A stretch of 64,000 nucleotides of DNA, from contig CAILDB010000003.1 in NCBI GenBank assembly GCA_903832855.1, forward strand, positions 15,398-79,397, in the 5' to 3' direction. The stretch comes from an uncultured bacterium (GTDB lineage: Bacteria; Patescibacteriota; Minisyncoccia; Phycocordibacterales; GWA1-40-21). Shown piece after piece: positions 35,422 to 44,481 of the stretch. A program made the translations under genes and the position numbers. The notes below the pieces were generated by a model. It did not search any database, was not told where the DNA came from, and saw nothing but the letters and a program-made list of their open reading frames with translations. The stretch's first letter is position 1. Every line of letters begins with the position of its first letter.

Positions 35422-36441
35422 CTATCTCTTCGCAATAATAGATTTCTTGTAAACATCCAAATGTTCCAGAGCAATTCCTGTACCTTTTGCCACACAGTAA
35501 AGCGGATCTTTTGCCACGACGGCTTTCACACCAGTTCTGCGAAAAACGAGCTCCGCCATATTGCGAAGCATTGATGAACCGCCTGTCAAAATAATTCCCC
35601 TGTCAATAATATCTGCAGAAAGTTCCGGTGGCGTCTCTTGCAAAACATCTTTTATCGCTTTTATCATATCTCGAAGCTCGCGTGAAATTGCTTTTACAAT
35701 TTCATTTGTTTTTATTTCTGTTGAACGAGGAAGTCCTGTCAGAAAATCGCGTCCTTTGATAGTCAGCGAAAGTTCTTCTTCCATCGGCACAGCACTTCCA
35801 ATTTTTATTTTAATTTCTTCAGCAGTTTTATCTCCAATTGCAAGATTGAAAGTTTTTTTAATATAATCGGCAATAGCAGCATCAATTTTATTTCCAGCAC
35901 ATTTCACGGAAGTTGAAGAAACAATTCCTCCAAGAGAAATCACCGCCACATCTGTCGTCCCTCCGCCAATATCCACCACCATATTTCCCATCGGTTCGTA
36001 AATTGGAATTCCTGCGCCGATAGCAGCGAGAATCGGCTCTTTGACAACATAAGCATTTTTGGCTCCTGCTTTTATTGCAGCTTCTATCACCGCGCGTCTT
36101 TCTGTGGAAGTCACACCAGCTGGAACAGAAATCATAACTTCTGGTTTAAAAATATTCCATTTGCCGAGTGCTTTGTTTATAAAATATTTGAGCATTGCTT
36201 CCGTCACGCGATAATCAGCGATAACTCCGTCTTTCATCGGTCTGTAAGCGATAATGCTATCTGGCGTTTTTCCAATCATTTTTTTTGCTTCTTCACCGAC
36301 GGCGAGAATTTTGTTGTCTTGTTCAGAAACCGCAACCACAGATGGCTCAAAGAGAACCACACCTTTCCCCGGCAAAAAAACGAGAGTGCTCGTTGTTCCT
36401 AAGTCAATTCCAATTTTTCTGATAAAAAATGACATATTCAC
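35422..36441 (-). CDS. Second MreB/Mbl-like actin homologue
   Basis: 339 aa. IGIDLGTTSTLVF...DIGGGTTD. Distinct from the mreB at 28693. Confidence 0.85.
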   Translation of the reverse strand: MNMSFFIRKIGIDLGTTSTLVFLPGKGVVLFEPSVVAVSEQDNKILAVGEEAKKMIGKTPDSIIAYRPMKDGVIADYRVTEAMLKYFINKALGKWNIFKPEVMISVPAGVTSTERRAVIEAAIKAGAKNAYVVKEPILAAIGAGIPIYEPMGNMVVDIGGGTTDVAVISLGGIVSSTSVKCAGNKIDAAIADYIKKTFNLAIGDKTAEEIKIKIGSAVPMEEELSLTIKGRDFLTGLPRSTEIKTNEIVKAISRELRDMIKAIKDVLQETPPELSADIIDRGIILTGGSSMLRNMAELVFRRTGVKAVVAKDPLYCVAKGTGIALEHLDVYKKSIIAKR

Positions 36442-36492
36442 TTCAATATATCACTTCTTATTTTTTTTACAATCTTATGTTATACTCGCCGT

Positions 36493-37788
36493 ATGAATTT
36501 ACAAATTGAAGGCGGAAGAAAACTTCACGGTACAATAGTCACAAAAACATCAAAAAATGGAGCGATGGGAATTATTTGTGCTTCCCTTTTAAACAAAGGC
36601 AAAACGATAATAAAAAATGTTCCTAAAATTGAAGAGGTTTTCAGAATGATTGAAGTTTTGGAAAGCATCGGCGTGGCAATCAAATGGAACGAAAATGATC
36701 TTGAAATTGAACCCAAGAAACTTGACCTGAAAAAAATTAACAAGGAATCTGCCGAAAAAACCAGAAGCGTCATAATGCTCATCGGCCCGCTTATGCACTT
36801 TTTCAAGAAGTTTTCATTGCCACAGTCCGGTGGTTGCAAACTCGGCGCCCGCACTCTCACTCCGCACTTTTTTGCCCTTGAGAATTACGGCCTAAAAATT
36901 GAAACGAAATCAAAAAGCTATGAAATTACTGCTAAGAAACTCAAACCCGCTGAATTCGCCCTTTACGAATCCGGCGACACTGTCACAGAAAATGCAATAA
37001 TGGGAGCCGTACTTATCCCCGGGAAAACCGTCATCAAATTCGCCTCTCCAAACTATATGGTTCAGGACCTTTGTTTTTTCCTACAAGATTTGGGAGTAAA
37101 AATTGAAGGTGTTGGCACAAGCACACTTGTAATTTACGGACAAAAAGAAATTAATAAAAATATTACATATTGTCTCGGCGAAGATCCGATTGACTCAATG
37201 TTTTTCATCTCTTCTGCCATCCTCACCAATTCCACAATTGAAATAAAAAGATGCCCGATTGATTTTCTTGAAATTGAACTTCTTAAACTCAAAAAAATGG
37301 GCTTCAAATACAAACTTTCAAAAACTTACAAAGGACTAAACGGCAGAATAAATTTGGTTGATATAAAAACATTTCCTTCCAAGCTCACTGCACTCGCCGA
37401 TAAAATAGAAGCCCATCCATACCCCGGAATGAATATAGACAACCTTCCATTTTTTGTTGTTATCGCGACACAAGCAAAAGGTCAAACTTTGATTCACGAT
37501 TGGGTTTATGAAAAACGCGCGATTCATTATAAAGAATTGGACAAGCTCGGTGCCGACACCATACTCGCCGACCAACACAGATTTTATGTAAATGGAAAAA
37601 CAGAGCTTAAACCCGCAGAAGTTATTTGCCCACCAGCTCTAAGGCCCGCCGCCATCATCCTCATCGGGATGCTTTCTGCAAAAGGCACATCCATTTTACG
37701 AAATGTTTACAGCATCAATCGCGGGTATGAAGAAATATCAAAACGACTTAATTCTATTAGAGCAAAAATAAAAGTTTTTAGAGAATAG
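36493..37788 (+). CDS. murA: UDP-N-acetylglucosamine 1-carboxyvinyltransferase
   Basis: 431 aa, EPSP-synthase fold with the catalytic Cys region. Confidence 0.9.
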   Translation: MNLQIEGGRKLHGTIVTKTSKNGAMGIICASLLNKGKTIIKNVPKIEEVFRMIEVLESIGVAIKWNENDLEIEPKKLDLKKINKESAEKTRSVIMLIGPLMHFFKKFSLPQSGGCKLGARTLTPHFFALENYGLKIETKSKSYEITAKKLKPAEFALYESGDTVTENAIMGAVLIPGKTVIKFASPNYMVQDLCFFLQDLGVKIEGVGTSTLVIYGQKEINKNITYCLGEDPIDSMFFISSAILTNSTIEIKRCPIDFLEIELLKLKKMGFKYKLSKTYKGLNGRINLVDIKTFPSKLTALADKIEAHPYPGMNIDNLPFFVVIATQAKGQTLIHDWVYEKRAIHYKELDKLGADTILADQHRFYVNGKTELKPAEVICPPALRPAAIILIGMLSAKGTSILRNVYSINRGYEEISKRLNSIRAKIKVFRE

Positions 37789-37794
37789 TTCTCC

Positions 37795-37830
37795 TCTGTC
37801 ATTCCTGCGTAGGCAGGAATCAAGAATAAA
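37795..37830. repeat. GTCATTCC hairpin repeat (family 2) unit
   Basis: TCTGTCATTCCTGCgtagGCAGGAATCA immediately after the murA stop. Confidence 0.45.
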
Positions 37831-37859
37831 AGGTACCTGACCCCATTATCCCCTAAATA

Positions 37860-38276
37860 CTAATCACCATTGCCCTCTACATGATAACAAAACGCCTTAA
37901 AACGTTTTCCTCCCTCATGAAACTTGTTAAGTCCTGTAGGAACTTCGGAAGGATCAACACTAAGAATACCATCTTTGTCCTTTACTATTTTATAAGCAGA
38001 AACATGATATGTCCAAAAGATATCACCAACAGAAAAATGATGTCCGCCACTTTTACTATCCTCAGCCACAATCTTTTGTAATACCTGTAGGTTTGGAAGA
38101 TTCCAGTAACTATAGCCACCGGGTGCAATTTTACCAGTATCCTTAAACGTATAATGATTTAATTTCATTTGCAGGTCATTAGCTTCTTCCCAAGACAAAT
38201 CATCGTATACAGTCGACAATTTTAATTTAGGAGCAACTTCAATATTTTCTGTCTGTGCCAATATTTTTTCTTTCAT
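37860..38276 (-). CDS. Hypothetical protein
   Basis: 138 aa, no recognisable domain, AT-rich native composition. Confidence 0.5.
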   Translation of the reverse strand: MKEKILAQTENIEVAPKLKLSTVYDDLSWEEANDLQMKLNHYTFKDTGKIAPGGYSYWNLPNLQVLQKIVAEDSKSGGHHFSVGDIFWTYHVSAYKIVKDKDGILSVDPSEVPTGLNKFHEGGKRFKAFCYHVEGNGD

Positions 38277-38320
38277 ATTTTTATAAAATTTTATTTATTA
38301 ATTTCGACAACTTCATTCTA

Positions 38321-38344
38321 CTCTCTCTCTCTCTCTCTCTCTCT
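38321..38344. repeat. (CT)12 dinucleotide microsatellite
   Basis: CTCTCTCTCTCTCTCTCTCTCTCT read directly. Confidence 0.9.
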
Positions 38345-38370
38345 TGCAAGTTCGGGTTTGTGGACAACTT

Positions 38371-38437
38371 CTCTGGATTCCCGCCTTCGCGGGAATGACA
38401 GAAGGGATGGATTCCGTTCTCCAACGGAATGACGGAG
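38371..38437. repeat. Two tandem GTCATTCC-type hairpin units (family 2, opposite orientation)
   Basis: GGATTCCCGCcttcGCGGGAATGAC then ...GGATTCCGTTctccaaCGGAATGAC. Stem bases co-vary relative to the 34814 and 37800 copies. Confidence 0.45.
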
Positions 38438-38495
38438 AATGCAAGTACAGATATTGAAAAAGAAGCTGTTTTGTGGCAGAATGCTAAGAATGAAT

Positions 38496-38631
38496 CCCGT
38501 AGTAGAATTTCAAATTACTGCCTTTCGTTTTTTACTATAGGGTTGCCATTTTATCGAAATTATCAACATATTAATTAGAGTTTCAAATTGTAAATAGGGC
38601 AGTAAAAAACAATTTGAAATTTCACTACAGG
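38496..38631. repeat. PR1 repeat, long-spaced form (CCCGTAGTAGAATTTCAAATT ... AATTTGAAATTTCACTACAGG)
   Basis: The right arm ends at 38631, and the priA ATG is at 38632. Confidence 0.55.
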
Positions 38632-40533
38632 ATGAAACTTATTGAAGTCATACCTATTTCTAGGGGCATACCAAAGGAGTCGTTGAACTATTTTTCGTCT
38701 GTTGCCGTGCCTGTGGGCTCGGTGGTGAAAGTTCCTCTTCGAAAGAAAATTATTCCAGCAATTGTCGTGTCGGAAAGAGATGTGGAAGAAGCAAAATCAG
38801 ATATCAAGAATTCTTCTTTTCCGCTCAGGAAAATTGAGAAAGCAAAATTCGCGAAATTTTTGACTTCGGATTTTGTGGAGGCCGGAAGAGAGACGGCAAA
38901 ATATTTTGCTGGCTCCACGGGCTCCGTTTTGTTTTCTTTGGTTCCAAAAGTTCTGCTTGAAAATGTGGAAAAAATAAAAATTCATAAGATTGAAGAGGCA
39001 GAAAATAAAAAAACTCAACATCATGAAAAATATGTTGTGCAGGCAACCGACGAAGAAAGATACGCAAATTATAAAAGTTTGATAAGAGAAGAGTTTGCAA
39101 AAAACTTGTCTGTTTTCTTTTGCTTGCCGACAATTCAAGATATTAAAAAAGCAACCGAAAAACTGCAGAAAGGAATAGAAAAATACACTTACATTTTGCA
39201 CGGTTCATTGAACGAAAAAGAAATAATAGAAACAGTCAATAAAATTCTCGCTGAAACACACCCTGTCTTGATCATAGGCACAGGAGGCTTTCTATCCATA
39301 CCAAGGTCCGACCTTGGCACTCTCATAATAGACAGAGAAAATTCTAGAGCATACAAAAATCAAGGACGACCATATCTAGATATCAGATATTTTGCGGAAA
39401 AGTATGCCGAACAAGCAAAAATAAAATTGGTATTTGGCGACTTACTTTTAAGGACGGAAACAATCTGGCGATTTAAAAATGGAGAGTTAGTAGAAATTTC
39501 TCCTTTGAAATTCAGATCACTTTCCACTATGACCGAGGAAATTATAGAAATGAAAGAAATTTCAGAAAATTCACTAGAGAAAAAGAAATTCAGAGTGATA
39601 AGTGACAGGTTGGAGGGCTTAATAAAGAAAAATATAGAAAATAACGAGCATCTTTTTATTTTTGTCGGTAAAAGAGGTCTCTCGCCTTCTGTCGTTTGCG
39701 CTGATTGCGGGACGATAGTGGCCTGTAGAACCTGTGGTGCTCATACCGTGCTTCACAAAGCATCGGAGGAAAACTTTTTCCTTTGTCATAAATGCGGAGA
39801 AAGGAGAAGTGCACTAGAAAAATGCGCAAAATGCGATAGCTGGAAACTCACGACTCTTGGAATTGGTTCAGAGCTCATTGAACAAATGCTTTTAGAAAAA
39901 TTCCCCAACCAAAAAATATTTAAACTTGACTCGGATAGTTCGCCAACACACAAAAAGGCCTCACAAATAATAGAAAAGTTTTATGCCTCTCCGCAAGGAA
40001 TTCTCATCGGTACAGAAATGGCACTTTTGTATCTTACAGAGAAAATTGAAAATTCTGCGGTTGTTTCAATGGATTCTTTTTTCTCAATTCCTGATTATAG
40101 AATAAATGAAAGAGTTTTAAATATTTTGCTTAAAATTAGGTCAATTACAGACAGAAATTTTATTATTCAGACAAGGGACTCTTCACAAAAGGTCTTTGAC
40201 TATGCTTCCAAAGGAAATCTCATTGATTTTTATAAAGATGAAATTTATATGAGAGAAAAACTCGGCTATCCACCTTTTTCTGTACTTATAAAAATAATAA
40301 TTGCCGGAACAAAAAATGAGGTTTTACAAAGTGTGGAATATTTACAAAAAGAACTCACACCATTTGAAATAAATGTTTTTCCTGCTTTCATCCCCGGAGC
40401 CAAAGGCAAATATGCCGTCAATGGAATTGTAAAAATCCCAAAAAAGGACTGGCCAAATGAAAAAATTCTCGGTGTCCTCAAAACCCTTCCACCAAACTTC
40501 TCGGTAAATATAGATCCGGAGAGTTTACTTTAA
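38632..40533 (+). CDS. priA: Primosomal protein N' (PriA)-like, with degenerate Walker A / DExH motifs
   Basis: ORF-track frame starts at 38614; the ATG at 38632 is the likely start. C-terminal CxxC zinc-binding cluster CADCGTIVACRTCGAHTVLHKASEENFFLCHKCGERRSALEKCAKC. Motif I is HGSLNEKE instead of GxGKT, and motif II is LIIDRENS instead of DEEH. Confidence 0.75.
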   Translation: MKLIEVIPISRGIPKESLNYFSSVAVPVGSVVKVPLRKKIIPAIVVSERDVEEAKSDIKNSSFPLRKIEKAKFAKFLTSDFVEAGRETAKYFAGSTGSVLFSLVPKVLLENVEKIKIHKIEEAENKKTQHHEKYVVQATDEERYANYKSLIREEFAKNLSVFFCLPTIQDIKKATEKLQKGIEKYTYILHGSLNEKEIIETVNKILAETHPVLIIGTGGFLSIPRSDLGTLIIDRENSRAYKNQGRPYLDIRYFAEKYAEQAKIKLVFGDLLLRTETIWRFKNGELVEISPLKFRSLSTMTEEIIEMKEISENSLEKKKFRVISDRLEGLIKKNIENNEHLFIFVGKRGLSPSVVCADCGTIVACRTCGAHTVLHKASEENFFLCHKCGERRSALEKCAKCDSWKLTTLGIGSELIEQMLLEKFPNQKIFKLDSDSSPTHKKASQIIEKFYASPQGILIGTEMALLYLTEKIENSAVVSMDSFFSIPDYRINERVLNILLKIRSITDRNFIIQTRDSSQKVFDYASKGNLIDFYKDEIYMREKLGYPPFSVLIKIIIAGTKNEVLQSVEYLQKELTPFEINVFPAFIPGAKGKYAVNGIVKIPKKDWPNEKILGVLKTLPPNFSVNIDPESLL

Positions 40534-40545
40534 ATTAAAGCGAGG

Positions 40546-40573
40546 TTGACAAGTTTAGTCAGAAATGTATAAT
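40546..40573 (+). promoter_or_regulatory. Canonical sigma-70-type promoter (TTGACA-16-TATAAT)
   Basis: TTGACA at 40546-40551 and TATAAT at 40568-40573. AAAAGGAGGT SD before the ATG at 40612. Confidence 0.5.
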
Positions 40574-40611
40574 TTTATTGGATGTAAATAGTAAACAAAA
40601 GGAGGTACACA

Positions 40612-40866
40612 ATGCCAATTCTAGGCGTAAAGATAGTAATAGTTCCAGATCAAGAAAACGGAATAGTGAAAATCATAAATGATCATCCAGGTTCGCAGTC
40701 TATGATATACAACCATATCTTGATCATCTATGATGATGGTACTTTCAAACTCATAGCAGCAATAGCGAAATCTTTCGGGCAGCATGGGGCCCGCACAATT
40801 GCTCTGGGAGTATCGTATGGTCTGCCGATTGAAACCGATCCAGACTTCTACAAAAAACTCAAGTAA
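40612..40866 (+). CDS. Hypothetical 84-aa protein (stand-alone cassette)
   Basis: MPILGVKIVIVPDQENGIVKIINDHPGSQSMIYNHILIIYDDGTFKLIAAIAKSFGQHGARTIALGVSYGLPIETDPDFYKKLK. Own promoter and terminator. Confidence 0.5.
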   Translation: MPILGVKIVIVPDQENGIVKIINDHPGSQSMIYNHILIIYDDGTFKLIAAIAKSFGQHGARTIALGVSYGLPIETDPDFYKKLK

Positions 40867-40870
40867 GCTA

Positions 40871-40920
40871 CCCACCAACGGGAAGGAAAATTCATCCTTC
40901 TGTGCGGTGGGTTTTTCTTT
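40871..40920 (+). terminator. Rho-independent terminator
   Basis: CCCACCaacgGGAAGGAaaattcaTCCTTCtgtgcGGTGGG followed by TTTTTCTTTT. Confidence 0.55.
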
Positions 40921-40955
40921 TGCAAAAATTTTGCTAAATAAAATAAACGAGCCAG

Positions 40956-41115
40956 TGTTGTCATATTTCTGTGTCCGCAGGCGAGCTTGCATGGCGCGAT
41001 GTGGTGTAATTTTGCGAAGTGTATTCACGAGCAAAACTATACCAACAGCGCAAGCCGCCGAGGATTAAGAAATTTTCCGGCTGGGGAAAATTTCTGCACA
41101 AAAATATGACAATAC
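40956..41115. mobile_element. 160-bp GC-rich structured element (family 3, copy 2)
   Basis: Terminal inverted repeats TGTTGTCATATTTCTGTG / CACAAAAATATGACAATA. Interior is about 95% identical to 35251-35410, and terminal-stem and internal-hairpin positions carry compensatory changes. Confidence 0.5.
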
Positions 41116-41155
41116 TGGCGAGTTTTTATTTAACAAAATTTTTGTAAAAGAAAAC

Positions 41156-41977
41156 CTACCTTAAATCATAGTGCACCTTGTTGCCATAACGAAGATCTAG
41201 ATGATTGAGTTTGCTTAGAAACGCTGTGCTTGTGCTGATGGCATTACTTTGCAACATTGCGTCAATGTCACTCAAGCTTGTTTCAAATGTTTGAGATTCG
41301 TTGAAATTTATTTGTCCGCCAGCTTCAAGGTCAATTTCGTATTCATTATCGGGAAGCGATGACAAACTGACTGGTGCGAAACCAAGCTCTTTCAATTTAT
41401 TCATAAAAGCATAAAGTCGTAAAAATTTTGGATTGCCAACATAGGTATTGCCGATTGGATTTTCAAAAGTTCCGCCATAAAAATACAAAAAAGAATTACC
41501 AATAATTTCCGGAGCTTCCGTGTAAATAAATCCACTCTTGTCCAAAAAGTAACAGCTCTTTACTCCCCTTTCTTTGGACTCACACCAAATGCCGACAGGT
41601 GTCCTTTCCGAAATAATTATTTTAATAGAATTTTTGCCCGTAATTCTCACCAACGCTCTATCCACTTTTAGAAAATCCTTTTTCAACGAATTTCCTATTG
41701 TCATCCACGGTAGAATCAAAACATTAGAACGAGAAAAAAGCCCAAGGTATCTGCCATCCAAAGTCTTTTGCACATTTTGAGCCAAGTCATCTGCATTCAA
41801 GGTGGTCATCCCAACTACCTCTATCTTTTTTACATTCAAAACTCCGCTTCCAGAAAACCACGCAAGTGTTCCAAATAAAACAATAAATAAAACCAAAAAC
41901 CAAAGAAATTTTCTTCCCCAAATTATTCTCCTTCTCTGTTTCAGAGAATGTCTTATGTCTCTCGGCGAATTTGTCAT
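41156..41977 (-). CDS. ftsQ: Cell division protein FtsQ/DivIB-like
   Basis: 273 aa. N-terminal TM, then POTRA-like and FtsQ beta domains. Confidence 0.65.
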   Translation of the reverse strand: MTNSPRDIRHSLKQRRRIIWGRKFLWFLVLFIVLFGTLAWFSGSGVLNVKKIEVVGMTTLNADDLAQNVQKTLDGRYLGLFSRSNVLILPWMTIGNSLKKDFLKVDRALVRITGKNSIKIIISERTPVGIWCESKERGVKSCYFLDKSGFIYTEAPEIIGNSFLYFYGGTFENPIGNTYVGNPKFLRLYAFMNKLKELGFAPVSLSSLPDNEYEIDLEAGGQINFNESQTFETSLSDIDAMLQSNAISTSTAFLSKLNHLDLRYGNKVHYDLR

Positions 41978-41983
41978 TAAAAA

Positions 41984-43264
41984 TTAGGACTTTTTTCCGA
42001 TGTATTCTGCACCCCCCATATATTTTCTCAAAACCTCCGGAATCTTAATACTTCCGTCTTCTTGCTGATTATTTTCTACAATCTGAATAAGAATTCTCGG
42101 AGTTGCAAGCGCAGTATTATTGAGTGAGTGAGCAAATTTCATTTTTCCATCATCGTCTTTGTATCTGGTATTTAATCTTCTGCATTGGAAATCATGGAAA
42201 TACGAGCAGGAATGCGTCTCACCATATTTATTTTGAGATGGACGCCAAACCTCCACATCATACTTTTTCACCTGACCAAGCCCGAGATCTCCTCCACAAT
42301 TTGCAACCACATGATAAGGCAAATTTAAAGCTTGCAAAAGTTCTTCAACGTTCGAAAGAAGCTCTTCGTGAAGTGCAACGCTTTTTTCATGGCTTGCTTC
42401 ACACCATATTACTTGCTCAAATTTATAAAATTCGTGAAGTCTGTAAAGCCCCTTGACATCCTTGCTATAACTGCCCGCCTCCCTTCTGAAACACGGCGAA
42501 AATGCGAGTTTTTTGATAGGTAAATCTTTCTTGTCAAGTACCTTGTCAGCATTGTAGCTCATAGTCGCCACTTCGGCAGTTCCGGCAAGATAATCATTGT
42601 CTTGAGTCTTGTACAAATCATCCTCCCCCTGTGGCAAATATCCAGTTCCCAGAAGTGTTTCTCTACGCACGAGTGATGGCACAAACAAAAGCTTGTATTC
42701 ACTTTTCTTTTCTCTGAAAAAGTCCATCACAAATTGCCAAAGCGCAAATTCCATAAGTGCACCTTCGTTTTTCAAAAAGTATCCACGGAATCCGGCAACC
42801 TTTGCGCCAATTTCAAAATCCGCCAAATCCAATTTCTCCATCAGTTCAATATGATCTTTTGGTCTGTAAGTAAAATTTGGCTTCTCACCCCAAGCACGCA
42901 CTTCCACATTATCCGCGTCGCTATCGCCTTCTGGCACAGACATATCTGGAATATTTGGAACCTGAAGCATAAGAGCTTGCCAAACTTTCATAACTTCCTT
43001 CATTTTTTCTTCTTCTTTTTGAAGCTCATCTTTCAGAAGCTTCATATCTTCAAGTAGATTTTTCTTTTCTAGGGCGTCCTTCATAGAAGGTAATCTCTTG
43101 CTTGCTTCATTTTGTTTTGCTCTTTTTTCTTCAACCAAAAGTGTAAGAGCTTTTCTCTCATCATCGGCTTTAATAAGCGCCTCCACATCAAACTTCAAAT
43201 GCTTTTTCTTTGCACCCTCCGCAATCAACTCTTTATTTTCTCGTATAAATTTTATATCTAACAT
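41984..43264 (-). CDS. serS: Seryl-tRNA synthetase
   Basis: 426 aa. N-terminal coiled-coil arm and class II core. Confidence 0.95.
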   Translation of the reverse strand: MLDIKFIRENKELIAEGAKKKHLKFDVEALIKADDERKALTLLVEEKRAKQNEASKRLPSMKDALEKKNLLEDMKLLKDELQKEEEKMKEVMKVWQALMLQVPNIPDMSVPEGDSDADNVEVRAWGEKPNFTYRPKDHIELMEKLDLADFEIGAKVAGFRGYFLKNEGALMEFALWQFVMDFFREKKSEYKLLFVPSLVRRETLLGTGYLPQGEDDLYKTQDNDYLAGTAEVATMSYNADKVLDKKDLPIKKLAFSPCFRREAGSYSKDVKGLYRLHEFYKFEQVIWCEASHEKSVALHEELLSNVEELLQALNLPYHVVANCGGDLGLGQVKKYDVEVWRPSQNKYGETHSCSYFHDFQCRRLNTRYKDDDGKMKFAHSLNNTALATPRILIQIVENNQQEDGSIKIPEVLRKYMGGAEYIGKKS

Positions 43265-43315
43265 AATTCATATATTATCAAGAAAATACAAAATAGACAA
43301 CTCTTTTGCACATAT

Positions 43316-43344
43316 TTGACTTTTGATAAAATACCGAATAATAT
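43316..43344 (+). promoter_or_regulatory. Candidate sigma-70-type promoter (TTGACT-17-TAATAT) driving the 16S-like element
   Basis: TTGACT at 43316-43321, 17-nt spacer, TAATAT at 43339-43344. Confidence 0.4.
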
Positions 43345-43350
43345 AACATT

Positions 43351-43558
43351 AGGCACAAACTGGGAAATAGATGAGCAATACGCGAGTTATCTTCGGTAGG
43401 CATCAGCTACGGCCGAAAAGGAGCTCTCGTCCCATCAGCTTGTTGGCGAGGTAATGGCTCACCAAGGCTCACGGGTAGCTAGCGCGAGAGGGTCGCTGGC
43501 CATGCAGTTTGCGCTTAGCTCCGTTCCAATGTAATGTTGGGCGGAGCGCCTTTTTTTT
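43351..43558 (+). ncRNA. Putative ~210-nt small RNA whose body mimics 16S rRNA (E. coli positions ~180-310, helices h8-h12), with its own intrinsic terminator
   Basis: CCCATCAGCTTGTTGGCGAGGTAATGGCTCACCAAGGCTCACGGGTAGCTAGCGCGAGAGGGTCGCTGGCCAT compares with the bacterial 16S consensus GATTAGCTAGTTGGTGAGGTAATGGCTCACCAAGGCGACGATCCGTAGCTGGTCTGAGAGGATGATCAGCC. Ends in GCGCT..CCG/CGGAGCGCC followed by TTTTTTTT (43509-43558). Intergenic between serS and dprA. Confidence 0.35.
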
Positions 43559-43600
43559 ATTTCTACTTTTCATAAAAATAATATATAATCATTTGCAGAT

Positions 43601-44476
43601 ATGTCATTAAAAGATTTTGAAGTTTATACAATTAAGAAGGCAGAGATGCCCGAATTGCTTCAGGAAATTCCGGATTGCCCGGAAAAACTTTTTGTTCAGG
43701 GTAAGATGCCGGGACCAGAAACCAAATTGCTTTGTGTTGTTGGCTCTCGCAAATTCACACCATACGGAAAAGAGGCCTGCGAGAAGCTTATCTCTGGTCT
43801 TCGCGGATATGACATTACTATTGTTTCTGGACTTGCAATGGGAATTGACGGTATTGCACATCAAGCAGCACTTTCTGCAGGACTAAAAACTATCGCAGTT
43901 CCGGGTTCAGGACTTTCAGAAAAAGTTTTATCACCACGAACAAATATTCCTATTGCAAATAAAATTTTGGAATCAGGTGGTGCGATGCTTTCCGAATTTG
44001 AAATGGATTTCATCGCCACACCATATAGCTTTCCACAAAGAAACAGAATTATGGCGGGGCTTTCTCACGCCACACTTGTCATAGAAGCGGAAATAAAATC
44101 TGGCACACTCATCACTTCCAAATACGCGACAGAATACAACAGAGATGTCTTTACTGTGCCAGGCTCAATTTTTTCAAAAAATTCTGATGGCCCAAACATG
44201 CTTATCAGACTTGGTGCGACACCCATTCGCACAAGTTCAGATATTTTGGAAGCCCTTGGCTTCAAAACAGATGAGGAACCGCAAAATCTTACGCTGAAAT
44301 ATTCTGATTGCTCACCCGAAGAATTACTTGTAGTTGAAATTCTGCAAAATCCAATGTCAAAAGACGACCTCGTCAGAAAAATGAAAATGCCAATTTCACA
44401 AGCGAGTGCTGTAATTTCAATAATGGAAATAAAAGGATTGCTCGAAGAAAGTATGGGAGAAATGCGTTTGATTTAA
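43601..44476 (+). CDS. dprA: DNA processing protein DprA/Smf
   Basis: 291 aa. Rossmann-like DprA core (VVGSRKFTPYGKEACEKLISGLRGYDITIVSGLAMGIDGIAHQAAL) and C-terminal winged helix. Confidence 0.85.
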   Translation: MSLKDFEVYTIKKAEMPELLQEIPDCPEKLFVQGKMPGPETKLLCVVGSRKFTPYGKEACEKLISGLRGYDITIVSGLAMGIDGIAHQAALSAGLKTIAVPGSGLSEKVLSPRTNIPIANKILESGGAMLSEFEMDFIATPYSFPQRNRIMAGLSHATLVIEAEIKSGTLITSKYATEYNRDVFTVPGSIFSKNSDGPNMLIRLGATPIRTSSDILEALGFKTDEEPQNLTLKYSDCSPEELLVVEILQNPMSKDDLVRKMKMPISQASAVISIMEIKGLLEESMGEMRLI

Positions 44477-44481
44477 ATTTC

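Noticed and set aside
38321-38344. Possible CRISPR array or other spaced-repeat locus around the CT-rich tract and hairpins at 38.3-38.45 kb
   Set aside because: The tract is a simple (CT)12 dinucleotide microsatellite, and the neighbouring units are palindromic hairpins of differing sequence. There are no regularly spaced direct repeats with unique spacers, and no cas genes are nearby.
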